A DNA stretch of 64,000 nt from Gemmatimonadaceae bacterium (lineage in GTDB: Bacteria > Gemmatimonadota > Gemmatimonadetes > Gemmatimonadales > Gemmatimonadaceae): assembly GCA_040901985.1 (NCBI GenBank), contig JBBDYC010000009.1:184634-248633 (forward strand). The letters are read 5' to 3'. Under the pieces are notes generated by a model that ran no database searches, had not been told where the DNA came from, and worked only from the letters and a program-made list of their open reading frames with translations. The translations under genes and the position numbers were made by a program. Of the stretch, positions 42,217 to 54,821 are shown in pieces (position 1 is the first letter of the stretch; each line of letters begins with the position of its first letter).

Positions 42217-42232
42217 TGGCACGGCGGTTGCT
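42217..42232 (+). promoter_or_regulatory. Sigma-54 (-24/-12) promoter for hsp20
   Basis: TGGCACG-GCGG-TTGCT, exact consensus, about 60 nt before the ATG. Confidence 0.75.
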
Positions 42233-42292
42233 CCACCTCGCGGCGTGCGGGCGCAGTGCCCGCCTCACCCAAAACCTTGGAGGACTTTCCTT

Positions 42293-42718
42293 ATGGTGTA
42301 TCGCACGACCCTGGCGCCGATCCTCACCCTCCGGCGCGAGATGGATCGCCTCTTTGACGACACGTTCGGCCGCGGCAACGTCGGCGAGAGCGCCTGGCGT
42401 CCCACGGTGGACGTCCGGGAGGAGAACGACGCCTATCTCTTCGACGTCGAGCTGCCCGGTGTAACGCCGGAGCAGGTTGAGGTCACCGCCGACGGAGGCG
42501 TGCTGACCGTCCGCGGCGAGAAGGCCATCGAGCGGAGCGAGGACGGAGGCGGCTGGCACGTGGTCGAGCGCCTCGCCGGGGCGTTCCAGCGGAGCTTCCA
42601 GCTGCCGGCAAACGTGCTGGAGGACCGGATCGACGCCCGCTTCTCGAATGGCCTGTTGACCGTGCGCGTGCCAAAGCAGGAAGCGCCGAAGCCGAAGCGG
42701 ATCGAGGTCAAGGCGTAA
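42293..42718 (+). CDS. Small heat-shock protein Hsp20
   Basis: WRPTVDVRE, ELPG, ER..G.F.RSF.LP, NGLLTV, IEV C-terminus; GGAGG RBS. Confidence 0.95.
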   Translation: MVYRTTLAPILTLRREMDRLFDDTFGRGNVGESAWRPTVDVREENDAYLFDVELPGVTPEQVEVTADGGVLTVRGEKAIERSEDGGGWHVVERLAGAFQRSFQLPANVLEDRIDARFSNGLLTVRVPKQEAPKPKRIEVKA

Positions 42719-42726
42719 CCACTCAA

Positions 42727-42794
42727 GTGGGAGGTGGAAGGTGGGAGGGGTACGGGGCCGGAGCCCCTCACACCATCCACCTTCCACCTCCGCC
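42727..42794. repeat. Third inverted heptamer element: (GTGGRAG)x3, GGGGC-CGGA-GCCCC core, (CWTCCAC)x2-3
   Basis: Read directly; lies between convergent hsp20 and peroxiredoxin genes. Confidence 0.75.
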
Positions 42795-42828
42795 CGCACC
42801 CCGCCCGCTGGGCACCGTCCGCGCTCGC

Positions 42829-43293
42829 TCAGAGCTTGGCGATCTCGGCGAGGAGCTCGGCGTTCTCGCGCCGTTCGCCGCGTTTCTGCTCGACGTGCAC
42901 CCAGCGCACGATCCCCTGCTTGTCTATCAGGAAGTACGCGCGCGTCGAAAAGAAGGTGTGCTCCAGGAGCGTGCCGTACGCCCGCGACACCTCGCGCTTG
43001 AAGTCCGACGCGAGCTCCACGCCCATCTTGAACTTGGCCTTGAACTCCTTCAGCGACGGAATGGCGTCCACGCTGATCGGCACGACCGTGACATCCTGGC
43101 CCTTGAACGCCGCGTAGTCGTCGGTGAAGGCGCAGAGCTCGGCCGTGCAGGTCGAGGTGAAGGCGAGCGGGAAGAACGCGAGCAGGACGTTCGACCGGCC
43201 CTTGAGCGCCGAGAGGGTGAACTGTGCCCCCGACGTGGTGTCCACCGTGAAGTCGGGGGCCTGCGTGCCGACCGCGGGGACCGTGAGCGCCAT
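42829..43293 (-). CDS. Peroxiredoxin (AhpE/BCP-like)
   Basis: APDF, FFPLAFTSTCTAELC, ISVD. Confidence 0.92.
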   Translation of the reverse strand: MALTVPAVGTQAPDFTVDTTSGAQFTLSALKGRSNVLLAFFPLAFTSTCTAELCAFTDDYAAFKGQDVTVVPISVDAIPSLKEFKAKFKMGVELASDFKREVSRAYGTLLEHTFFSTRAYFLIDKQGIVRWVHVEQKRGERRENAELLAEIAKL

Positions 43294-43355
43294 CGGGATG
43301 CCTCGGCGGGATGGACGCGGCGCCGCGGGCGACCGCAGCGACCCGTCGGTGTGAG

Positions 43356-43428
43356 TGGAGCGTGCCGGGATCGAACCGGCGACCCCCTGCTTGCAAAGCA
43401 GGTGCTCTCCCAGCTGAGCTAACGCCCC
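43356..43428 (-). tRNA. tRNA-Ala (TGC)
   Basis: GGGGCGT/ACGCTCC stem with G3-U70, anticodon TGC, GGTTCGATCCC; no encoded CCA. Confidence 0.96.
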
Positions 43429-43486
43429 GGGGACCCGACGTGGAAGCTAGCGGAACTGCGCTCGGGATGGGAGAGGTGCGCTGCGC

Positions 43487-44830
43487 TCACTCGTGCGCCG
43501 GCAGCGGCTCCATCGTCTTCGGGTCCACCGGCACCTGCACCTCGTCGCGGTACTGCGACGTCAGCAGGAAGACCCGCGCCTTGGGGAAGGCATCCATGAA
43601 CTGCGCGTAGCACCAGGCGAAGGCGCCGAGGAAGCCGAGGAAGATCCCGACCTCCCAGAGCCCGAGCGGCGTGCGCTCGAGGCTCGTCCCGTAGAGGGAC
43701 GGATAGACCTCGGTGTAGCGCGAGAACCAGAGGCCAAGGAACGAGCAGGTGGCGAAGAAGATCATCGTCGGCCCGTAGGTCTTCGCCTTCACCGAGAGCA
43801 GGCCGAAGAACGGGAGGAGGAAGGTCAGGATCGCCGCCGCCATCGTGGTGTTCGTCCAGACGCCGGTCAGCCGCAGCGTGAAGAAGTGCGTCTCCTCGGC
43901 GAGGTTGCCGTACCAGATGATCAGGTATTGCGAGAAGGTCAGGTAGCCCCAGAACGCCGTGAAGGCGAACCCGAGCTTGCCGATGTCGTGGTAGTGACTG
44001 GTGGTGATCAGCTCCGGCAGTTCCGGGAACTGGCCCTTCCACCAGCGGAGGATGATCGCCCACACCATGATCGCGACGAGCCAGCCGCCCATGAAGACCT
44101 GCCACCCATACATCGTGCTGAAGAAGTGGAAGTCGAGCGACATCGAGTGGTCCCACGCGAGGACGCACCATCCGAAGGCGAAGACAATCGCCATCACCAC
44201 CGCAAGCTTGCCCTGGCGCTGGTGCGTATCGTGGAGTTCGCGCCGCTCCTCGCCGAACGTGGCCCGCATCCGCGCGCGGATCCCCGCCGCCCAACTCGCG
44301 CCGAACTCGGGCGTCACGCCGACGTCGAGCCGCACCGTGGTCCAGATGTACCAGAGCTGCAGCGTGGCGAGCGCGCCGAAGACGACCACCGAGCGGCCGT
44401 AGAAGAACGCGCGGCCGAACCAGAGCTCCTTCTCGGGGATCAGCTCCCCGGTCCCGACGAGCGACCACCACGGATAGATGTGGTCCCGGCCGCCGAGGAT
44501 GATGACGAGGAAGGCCAGCGCGGCGAACGGGAGGAAGGCGACAAACCCCTCGAGGAAGCGGACCACGCCGCGCGACCAGCGCGCGCCGGCAAGGCGCTGC
44601 GTCGCCACGAACATCACGCCGGCGGTGGCGATCGTGGTGAAGAAGAGCCAGTTGACGAGGAATGCCTGCCAGGCCCGGGCCACGCCGGTGAGCGCGCCGA
44701 CAACGAAGAGCCCGAGACCAAGCAGCGCGACCGCGAGCGACGCCTGCTTGAAGCGCGTCGGGATCGTCTTGGTGCGCAGTACGCTGACCAGCTGGTCGCG
44801 CGGCGGCGAATAGTGGTGCTGACCGCTCAT
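43487..44830 (-). CDS. actF: Alternative complex III subunit F (NrfD-like membrane protein)
   Basis: MSLDFHFFSTMYG, HYHDIGK, FSQYLIIWYGN; operon position. Confidence 0.9.
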   Translation of the reverse strand: MSGQHHYSPPRDQLVSVLRTKTIPTRFKQASLAVALLGLGLFVVGALTGVARAWQAFLVNWLFFTTIATAGVMFVATQRLAGARWSRGVVRFLEGFVAFLPFAALAFLVIILGGRDHIYPWWSLVGTGELIPEKELWFGRAFFYGRSVVVFGALATLQLWYIWTTVRLDVGVTPEFGASWAAGIRARMRATFGEERRELHDTHQRQGKLAVVMAIVFAFGWCVLAWDHSMSLDFHFFSTMYGWQVFMGGWLVAIMVWAIILRWWKGQFPELPELITTSHYHDIGKLGFAFTAFWGYLTFSQYLIIWYGNLAEETHFFTLRLTGVWTNTTMAAAILTFLLPFFGLLSVKAKTYGPTMIFFATCSFLGLWFSRYTEVYPSLYGTSLERTPLGLWEVGIFLGFLGAFAWCYAQFMDAFPKARVFLLTSQYRDEVQVPVDPKTMEPLPAHE

Positions 44831-44831
44831 C

Positions 44832-45479
44832 TCAGTTGCCTCCCGACGACGTGCTGGTGGCCGGCGCGACGAGGTACGCCGTCGCCTCGCCCGGGAACGG
44901 GGTCGGGGTCCGCACGAAGGCGTGGCGACCCTGGAGCGCGCGGACGTAGTTCACGACGTCCCACCGCTGCCGCTCCGGGATCCGGTTGACCGACGCCATC
45001 AGCCCCCGGCCGTTACGCAGCATCCCCCAGAGGTAGCCGTCGCTCCGCGCCTGCGTCGCCGCGCCGTTGATCGCCGGGGCGAACCCGTACATCGGGCTCA
45101 ATTGGCGCATCGCACCGTTCCCGTCGCCGGCCGCGCCGTGGCAGACCGAACAGTTGACCTCGTAGAGCCGGCGTCCGTTGGCCAGCGACCGCGCGTCCAC
45201 CGGGACCGGATTCGGCACGCCGGAGAGCGAGTCCACCGTCAGCGGCATCGGCGCGTACGACACCTCCCACTGCGCCACCGTCACGCCGGTGACCGGCACC
45301 GAGCCCTGCGGCATCCCGCGGAACGGCGTCGTCTCGCCCGCCAGCGAGTCCATCGAGAACTTCTGCCACGTCCCCACCGACGGCTGCTGGACGAAATCGG
45401 TCAGCCAGTCCCGGCAGCCGCCGAGGAGCAGCGGCAGCGCGAGGACGGCGGCCCAGCGTCGCAGGATCCTAGCGCTCAC
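44832..45479 (-). CDS. actE: ACIII monoheme cytochrome c lipoprotein
   Basis: Lipobox LGGC, CSVCH, GRGLM; GGAGGT RBS before GTG 45479. Confidence 0.88.
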   Translation of the reverse strand: MSARILRRWAAVLALPLLLGGCRDWLTDFVQQPSVGTWQKFSMDSLAGETTPFRGMPQGSVPVTGVTVAQWEVSYAPMPLTVDSLSGVPNPVPVDARSLANGRRLYEVNCSVCHGAAGDGNGAMRQLSPMYGFAPAINGAATQARSDGYLWGMLRNGRGLMASVNRIPERQRWDVVNYVRALQGRHAFVRTPTPFPGEATAYLVAPATSTSSGGN

Positions 45480-45972
45480 CACGCACCTCCACCGCGCCGT
45501 GCCGGCGCATGATCGTCTCCACCTCGGCCAACCGGTCGGGGGCGCACTCGCACCAGACCCCGAAGTTGGCACCGCTGAAGCGCGGATCGTAGCCGACCGT
45601 CTTGGTCAGCCGCGGAATCCCCGCCAGCCAGAACATCCCGAAGACGGTCGAGAGCGCCCCGACCATCACCATCACCTCGAACCCGAACACCGTGTAGGGC
45701 AGCCAGGTCGAGATCGCCTTGCCGCCGACGACGAGGGGCCAGTACTCGGAGGCCCAGATCGCCATCCAGTAGCCGAACGCGGCGCCGCTCAGGCCGCCGA
45801 TCAACGTGAACCGGCGCACCTTGCTCGGCGGCGGGCCGATCGCCGCCTCGAACTCGTGGCGCGGGGTCGGCGAATAGGCGGTCAGCTCCCCGATCTGCTT
45901 CTGCTTCAGCTCAGTGATCGTGTCCACGGCGCTGTCGAGCTCGGCGAAGACGCCCACGATTCCACGCATCAT
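45469..45972 (-). CDS. actD: ACIII subunit D (DUF3341)
   Basis: YSPTP, WPLVVGGK, FE, DPRFS. Confidence 0.88.
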   Translation of the reverse strand: MMRGIVGVFAELDSAVDTITELKQKQIGELTAYSPTPRHEFEAAIGPPPSKVRRFTLIGGLSGAAFGYWMAIWASEYWPLVVGGKAISTWLPYTVFGFEVMVMVGALSTVFGMFWLAGIPRLTKTVGYDPRFSGANFGVWCECAPDRLAEVETIMRRHGAVEVRGER

Positions 45973-45973
45973 C

Positions 45974-47380
45974 TCAGTGCCCTCCGTGGTGCGCGGGGGC
46001 CTTCTTCAGCTTCGGCGGGATGATCTCCTTGATCTCCGCCAGCGCCATGATCGGCAACTGCTTCACGAAGAGCAGGAACCACATGAAGAACCAACCGAAG
46101 GACCCGATCAGGATGCTGAGGTCCACCCAGGTCGGCACGTAGCCCGACCATTGCCACGGGTTGACGTCGTGCGAGAGCGACGGGACGACGATCACGAACC
46201 GCTCGAACCACATCCCGAGGTTGATGAAGAGCGAGAGGATGAAGAGCCAGACCGGGTTGCGGCGCAGCTGCTGCGAGAAGAGGGAGAGCGGCAGGATCAT
46301 GTTGCAGGTGAGCATGATCCAGGCGGCCCACCACCACTGGCCGAAGACGCGGTTCCAGAAGTAGTCCTGTTCGTAGGCGACGCCGCCGTACCAGGCGATG
46401 AAGAACTCGACGATGTACGCGCAGCCGACAATCATCGACGTGAAGAGGACGACCTTCGCCGAGGCGTCGAGGTGATTGAGCGTGACGTAATGCCGGAGGC
46501 CGAACCACCGGCGCATCGGAATGATGATCGTCCAGACCATTGCGAAGCCGGAGAAGATGGCGCCGGCGACGAAGTAGGGCGGGAAGATCGTCGTGTGCCA
46601 GCCGGGCACGATGCTCATCGCGAAGTCGAACGACACCACCGAGTGCACCGAGAGCACGAGCGGCGTCGAGAGCGCGGCGAGGAAGAGGTAGGCGCGGGCG
46701 AAGTGCCGCCATTCGCGCTCGCTGTTCCGCCACCCGAAGCTGAGCACCGAGAGGATTGCCTTCCGGACCGGGTTCCGCTCGCGGTCGCGGAGCACCGCGA
46801 TGTCGGGGATCAGCCCGACATACAGGAAGGTGGCCGAGATCGTCAGGTAGGTCGTGATCGCGAACACGTCCCAGACGAGCGGCGACTTGAAGTTCGGCCA
46901 GATCAGCCGCCAGTTCGGATACGGGATCAGCCAGAAGAACTTCCACGGCCGTCCGAGGTGGAGGATCGGGAAGAGCCCCGCCGTCATCACGGCGAAGACC
47001 GTCATCGCCTCGGCGGCGCGGTAGATCGTGGTGCGGAAGCCGGCGCGGAAGAGATAGAGGATCGCCGAGATCAGCGTCCCCGCGTGCCCGATGCCGACCC
47101 AGAACACGAACGTGATGATGTAGACGCCCCACATCACCGGCGGGTTGTAGCCGGCGACGCCAAGGCCCTGGTGCACCTGGTAGAGCCAGGCGACGACTCC
47201 CAGCGCGAGGCAGGCGACGGCGATCAGCAGCCCGCCGAACCACGCCTTGGTCGGCCGCAGGATCGCGAGGAGCTCGCGGTCCACCTGCTCGTAGCTGCCA
47301 ACCGCGGGGAGCTGGATGTCCGCCGAGGGGATGTTCGGGCGTCGCGGCCCGTCGGGCGCCGGATGCGCGAGGGTGGCCAT
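45974..47380 (-). CDS. actC: ACIII quinol-binding subunit C (NrfD family)
   Basis: FWVGIGHAGTLISAIL, HLGRPW, SPLVWD, SVHSVVSFDFA. Confidence 0.95.
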   Translation of the reverse strand: MATLAHPAPDGPRRPNIPSADIQLPAVGSYEQVDRELLAILRPTKAWFGGLLIAVACLALGVVAWLYQVHQGLGVAGYNPPVMWGVYIITFVFWVGIGHAGTLISAILYLFRAGFRTTIYRAAEAMTVFAVMTAGLFPILHLGRPWKFFWLIPYPNWRLIWPNFKSPLVWDVFAITTYLTISATFLYVGLIPDIAVLRDRERNPVRKAILSVLSFGWRNSEREWRHFARAYLFLAALSTPLVLSVHSVVSFDFAMSIVPGWHTTIFPPYFVAGAIFSGFAMVWTIIIPMRRWFGLRHYVTLNHLDASAKVVLFTSMIVGCAYIVEFFIAWYGGVAYEQDYFWNRVFGQWWWAAWIMLTCNMILPLSLFSQQLRRNPVWLFILSLFINLGMWFERFVIVVPSLSHDVNPWQWSGYVPTWVDLSILIGSFGWFFMWFLLFVKQLPIMALAEIKEIIPPKLKKAPAHHGGH

Positions 47381-47393
47381 GGTCCGCGCCTCC

Positions 47394-50453
<3,060 letters not shown>

Positions 50454-50460
50454 CCGGTTC

Positions 50461-51183
50461 CTAGTAGTGGCAGGTGGCGCAGTCGTACGATGCCTTCTTG
50501 CGGGGCAGCGCCAGGGTGGCCGCGTCCGGTTCGTGGCCGGCGGCGCGCACTCCCTCGGCCGGGGAGTAGCCGTTCACGTGGCACGAGACGCACCAACCCA
50601 TATTGAGCGACTGCGCCTGGAAGACCTGCGGCATGTTGTTCACCTGGCCGTGGCAGGTCTGGCACGTCACGCCGGCGTTGACGTGCCGCATATGCGGGAA
50701 GCGCACGTACTCGGGCACCTTGTGGACGCGGGCCCACGGCACCGGCTGCCCGGCGCGCGAATAGGCGGCGAGCTTCTGGACTTCCGGCCGGTCGGCGCCG
50801 ACGATGGTGTGGCATCCCATGCACGTGGAGACGGCGGGCAGTCCCGGATCCGGGGACTGTCCCGCCGCATTGTGGCAGAACGCGCAGTTCATCTGGAGCG
50901 AATTCACGTGCACCGGATGCGGGAACTTCACCGGCTGTTCCGGCGACCGGCCAATGCCGCCGCCCACGTAGAAGGTGTAGGCGGAGGACCCGCTGTAGGC
51001 CCAGGGACCGGGGACCGCCTTGCCGAATGCCTCGCGGTTCGCGCGCTGGGTGGCGTTCTCGGTCGCCGCGGGCGCCTGCGCCTCGGGAGCGGACTGGGAC
51101 CGCGCAAAGGCGGAGAGGATCGTCGCGGCGGTCGCGACCGCGACCATCCCGGGGATGAGGACCCACTTGCTGCGACCCGTCAT
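50461..51183 (-). CDS. actA: ACIII pentaheme cytochrome c
   Basis: Five CxxCH motifs (CAFCH, CMGCH, CQTCH, CVSCH, CATCH), QPVKFPH, MGWC. Confidence 0.93.
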   Translation of the reverse strand: MTGRSKWVLIPGMVAVATAATILSAFARSQSAPEAQAPAATENATQRANREAFGKAVPGPWAYSGSSAYTFYVGGGIGRSPEQPVKFPHPVHVNSLQMNCAFCHNAAGQSPDPGLPAVSTCMGCHTIVGADRPEVQKLAAYSRAGQPVPWARVHKVPEYVRFPHMRHVNAGVTCQTCHGQVNNMPQVFQAQSLNMGWCVSCHVNGYSPAEGVRAAGHEPDAATLALPRKKASYDCATCHY

Positions 51184-51227
51184 GCGCGAAAACTCGGGGT
51201 GAGGGAAATCCGAACGGTCCACTCAGC

Positions 51228-51245
51228 TTGTGAACGATTTCACAA
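51228..51245. promoter_or_regulatory. Rex-type operator upstream of actA
   Basis: TTGTGAA-CGAT-TTCACAA; the palindrome extends to 51226-51247. Confidence 0.8.
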
Positions 51246-51340
51246 GCCACTGGCGACTGCGAAAAATGACCCGCGCCCCACAGCGCCGCAAGGACGGACG
51301 GCGAACCGACTTGTACCGGGACCCGTTGGCGCCGCGTCGC

Positions 51341-52087
51341 CTACTCCAGCCCCCGCTTCACCCGATCGATCGTCCGCATCACCTCAATTCCCATTGCCCG
51401 CACCAGCGTCAGCTCGCGACTGTCGGGGCCGGCCCGATTCAGCAGCGACCGGACGCTGCGCATGATGTGTTCCGGACTCCGTGTGCGGTAGAAGGCGATG
51501 GACGCCAGGGCACGGTCAATGTCGGCGAGCGCGCGCTCCCACTCGTCGTGTTTGGGGAGCGGCGCGTGGTGCTTGTGGCGCGCGACGTCGCGGGTGGCGT
51601 CCCCCGCCGCCAAGTGCAGCTCGTATGCCGCCACCAGCACCGCCTGCGCCAGGTTAAGCGAGGCGTGGTCGGTCGTCGGGATCCGCACGAGCACCTGCGC
51701 GGCGTCTATCGCCTCGTTCGGCAGGCCGTGATCCTCCTGGCCGAAGAGAAGCGCGACCGTCCCCTCGGCGGCGCGCTCCAGCACGATCGGCGCCACCGCG
51801 CGCGGCTCGCTCACTGGCCAGCGGTGGGCGCGGCGCTTGGCGCCGAACGCCGCCACGTACACGCAGTCGGCCAACGCGCCCTCGAGCGTATCGAAGTGCC
51901 TGATCCGGTCCACCAGGTCACGCGTGCCGTGTGCGATCCCCTCGATCCGCCACGGGTCGTACGCCACCGGCGCGACCAGCCGCAGGTCGGCCAGCCCCAT
52001 GTTCTTCATCACCCGCACCGTCGCCGCGATGTTGACGGGATCCTGCGGCCGGTGGAGCACGAGGGCAACACGGTCGAGGGCGGACAT
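51341..52087 (-). CDS. trmJ: SPOUT RNA methyltransferase (TrmJ/LasT family)
   Basis: VRVMKNMG, LLFGQEDHGL, SLNLAQAV. Confidence 0.85.
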   Translation of the reverse strand: MSALDRVALVLHRPQDPVNIAATVRVMKNMGLADLRLVAPVAYDPWRIEGIAHGTRDLVDRIRHFDTLEGALADCVYVAAFGAKRRAHRWPVSEPRAVAPIVLERAAEGTVALLFGQEDHGLPNEAIDAAQVLVRIPTTDHASLNLAQAVLVAAYELHLAAGDATRDVARHKHHAPLPKHDEWERALADIDRALASIAFYRTRSPEHIMRSVRSLLNRAGPDSRELTLVRAMGIEVMRTIDRVKRGLE

Positions 52088-52182
52088 GGCGAGGAAGATA
52101 GCACGGCCGACCGCGCGCGCGGCACGATTGCCGGCGCGCGCGCTACGTCGTGCCGGCACGCGCGACGGTTTAGCTTTCCGCG

Positions 52183-52833
52183 ATGGACTTCGTCATTGAC
52201 CTCCTCCATCAACTGCGCGACCTCGACACGCTGGTCGCCACCGCCGGATACGCGGGCATCACCGCGATCATCTTCATCGAGACGGGGCTGCTGTTCCCCT
52301 TCCTCCCTGGCGACTCGCTCCTCGTGACGGCGGGCCTCGTCGCCGCCGCGCACGACCCGCTGGTCAACCTGAACGTCTGGACGCTCGGCATCCTCTGCAG
52401 CGCGGCGGCGATCGGCGGCGACCAGGTCGCCTACTACATCGGCCATCGGTCGGGCGAGGCGCTCTTCAGGAAGGAGGACTCGCGCTGGTTCAAGCAGAGC
52501 CACCTCCGCGCCGCCCACGCCTTCTATGAGCGGCACGGCGGCAAGACGATCATCCTCGCCCGCTTTATGCCCTTTGCGCGGACGTTCGCGCCGGTGGTCG
52601 CCGGCGCCGCCAGGATGCGCTACGCCACCTTCGTCTTCTACAACGTCATCGGCGGCCTGCTCTGGATCTGGTCAATGCTCCTCACCGGCTACTACGTGGT
52701 AAAGATGGTCCCCGGCCTCGACCGCCACGTCGAGAAGCTCATCATCGTGATCGTGTTGCTGTCCATCTCGCCGGGGATCTACGGCTGGTGGAAGGCGCGG
52801 CGGAACCGAACCCCCGCGCCGGCGAATAACTGA
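52183..52833 (+). CDS. dedA: DedA family membrane protein
   Basis: ETGL, FLPGDSLL, ARFMPFARTFAP. Confidence 0.93.
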   Translation: MDFVIDLLHQLRDLDTLVATAGYAGITAIIFIETGLLFPFLPGDSLLVTAGLVAAAHDPLVNLNVWTLGILCSAAAIGGDQVAYYIGHRSGEALFRKEDSRWFKQSHLRAAHAFYERHGGKTIILARFMPFARTFAPVVAGAARMRYATFVFYNVIGGLLWIWSMLLTGYYVVKMVPGLDRHVEKLIIVIVLLSISPGIYGWWKARRNRTPAPANN

Positions 52834-52913
52834 TGCGGGTGTGCACGGGGTGTCGGCGCCGCCCCATTCGTTGCACAATTCCTCACTTCAATCTTCACTC
52901 CGAGGACTGACCG

Positions 52914-53522
52914 ATGGCCCACACGCTCCCCGCCCTTCCCTACGCCCACAACGCGCTCGAGCCGCACATTGACACGCCGACGATGGAGATCCATCACGGC
53001 AAGCACCATCAGGCGTACGTGAACAACCTCAACGCGGCGATCGAGAAGGCGCCGGAACTCGCGTCGTGGGACCTCGACCGGCTCTCGCGGGAGATCGCCA
53101 AGGTGCCGGAGAGCGTCCGCACGGCGGTGCGCAACAACGGCGGCGGCCACTGGAATCACTCGCTCTTCTGGCAGGTGATGGCGCCGAAGGCGGGGGGCGA
53201 GCCCGGCGGAGCGCTTGGCGCGGCGATCGGCAAGGCGTTCGGCGACTTTGCCAAGTTCCGCGACCTGTTCCAGGCGGCGGCGGTCGGGCGCTTCGGCTCC
53301 GGCTGGGCGTGGCTGGTCGCGGCCAAGGATGGCGCGCTCAGCATCGAGTCCACGGCGAATCAGGACAACCCGCTGATGGAAGGCCGCCGCGCGGTGCTCG
53401 GCCTCGACGTCTGGGAGCACGCCTACTATCTCAAGTACCAGAACCGCCGGCCGGACTATGTCGGTGCGTGGTGGAACGTCGTGGACTGGGGGGCGGTCGC
53501 CAAGCGCTACGACGCGCGCTGA
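52914..53522 (+). CDS. sodA: Superoxide dismutase, probably Mn-type
   Basis: [25 protein letters not shown]. Confidence 0.95.
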   Translation: MAHTLPALPYAHNALEPHIDTPTMEIHHGKHHQAYVNNLNAAIEKAPELASWDLDRLSREIAKVPESVRTAVRNNGGGHWNHSLFWQVMAPKAGGEPGGALGAAIGKAFGDFAKFRDLFQAAAVGRFGSGWAWLVAAKDGALSIESTANQDNPLMEGRRAVLGLDVWEHAYYLKYQNRRPDYVGAWWNVVDWGAVAKRYDAR

Positions 53523-53543
53523 GCCCGGCCCGCGCGGCCGCAC

Positions 53544-54821
53544 CTACTGGCCGCGCGACTCCCGCCGCTGACTCCCCACCACGAGGTCGTCAATCCCGCT
53601 CTGATCCGGGGCGTCCTCGCTGTCGGCCGCCTGACGCCTCGCAATCAGGCCGAGCAGCGGCGGCGTCACGAAGGTGGTGGCGACCACCATCAGCATCAGC
53701 GCGCCGAAGAGGGGACCGACGACGACGCCGGCGGCCAGCCCGAGCTTGGCGAAGATCAACCCGACTTCGCCGCGCGGCACCATCGCCACGCCCACCAGCA
53801 ACTTGTTGCCGCGGAACCACCAGGGCGCGAAGCCCGCGGCAATCTTGCCGACCACGCCGACGGCGATCAGCGCCCCACCGACGACCAGGGCGTCTCGCGT
53901 CAGGAGGGCGGCAATCTCCACCGACGCCCCGACCGACGCGAAGAAGATCGGCACGAACAGGTACCCCAGCGCGGTCGCGCTGCGCTCGATCTCCTTGTGC
54001 TGCGGCGTCGGATGCAGGATCAATCCGGCCGCGAACGCGCCGATGATCATCGCCGACCCCGCACGCGCGGCAAGGAGCGCGAGCATCAGGGCGAACGCCA
54101 ACGCGATGATGCCCAGCGTGCCGGTCACGCGCACCCGCTCCACGAGCCGGAAGAGCGGCGGGATCGCCACGCTCCCGAGTCCGATCGCCACGACGATGAA
54201 GCCGATCGCGATTGCCGACGTGCGGGCGATGCCGCCGACGGTGAGCTCGGCGCCGGCGACCATCGCCGCGACGACCGAGAGGATGATCAGGCCGACCACG
54301 TCGTCGAACACCGCCGCGCCAATGACGACCTGCCCTTCGGCCGTCTTGAGTTGCCCGAGGTCCGAGAGGACCCGCGCCGAGATGCCGATGGACGTGGCGG
54401 TGAGCGCGGCGCCAATCACGATGCTCGGCAACATCGCGACCCCGAGCGCGTGCGACACCACGATCCCGCCGCCGAACGGCAGCACGACGCCCACCACGCC
54501 CACCACGAGCGCGGTCGCCCCGACCTTCGCCAGCGACCGCAGGTCGGTATGCAACCCGATCTGGAAGAGCAGGATGAGGACGCCGAGCTCGGCAAGCGCG
54601 TGCAGCGTCGGGTCGGCGGGGTCGAAGAGGCCGAGCACGCTGCCGCCGAGCACGACCCCGGCGATCAATTCGCCGAGCACCGCCGGCTGTCCGATCCGCT
54701 GCGCGAGGCTGCCGAGCACCTTCGTCGCGACGATCGTGGCGACCACGACGAGCAGCAAATGCTCGAATGCCGCCGCCTCGGCGGACGGCGCCAGCAGCAT
54801 CGGGATCGCGAAGAGGTTCAC
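53544..54821 (-). CDS. CPA2 cation:proton antiporter (NapA/KefB-like)
   Basis: GELIAG, ATSIGISAR, AAVFDD, PRGEV. Confidence 0.92.
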   Translation of the reverse strand: MNLFAIPMLLAPSAEAAAFEHLLLVVVATIVATKVLGSLAQRIGQPAVLGELIAGVVLGGSVLGLFDPADPTLHALAELGVLILLFQIGLHTDLRSLAKVGATALVVGVVGVVLPFGGGIVVSHALGVAMLPSIVIGAALTATSIGISARVLSDLGQLKTAEGQVVIGAAVFDDVVGLIILSVVAAMVAGAELTVGGIARTSAIAIGFIVVAIGLGSVAIPPLFRLVERVRVTGTLGIIALAFALMLALLAARAGSAMIIGAFAAGLILHPTPQHKEIERSATALGYLFVPIFFASVGASVEIAALLTRDALVVGGALIAVGVVGKIAAGFAPWWFRGNKLLVGVAMVPRGEVGLIFAKLGLAAGVVVGPLFGALMLMVVATTFVTPPLLGLIARRQAADSEDAPDQSGIDDLVVGSQRRESRGQ

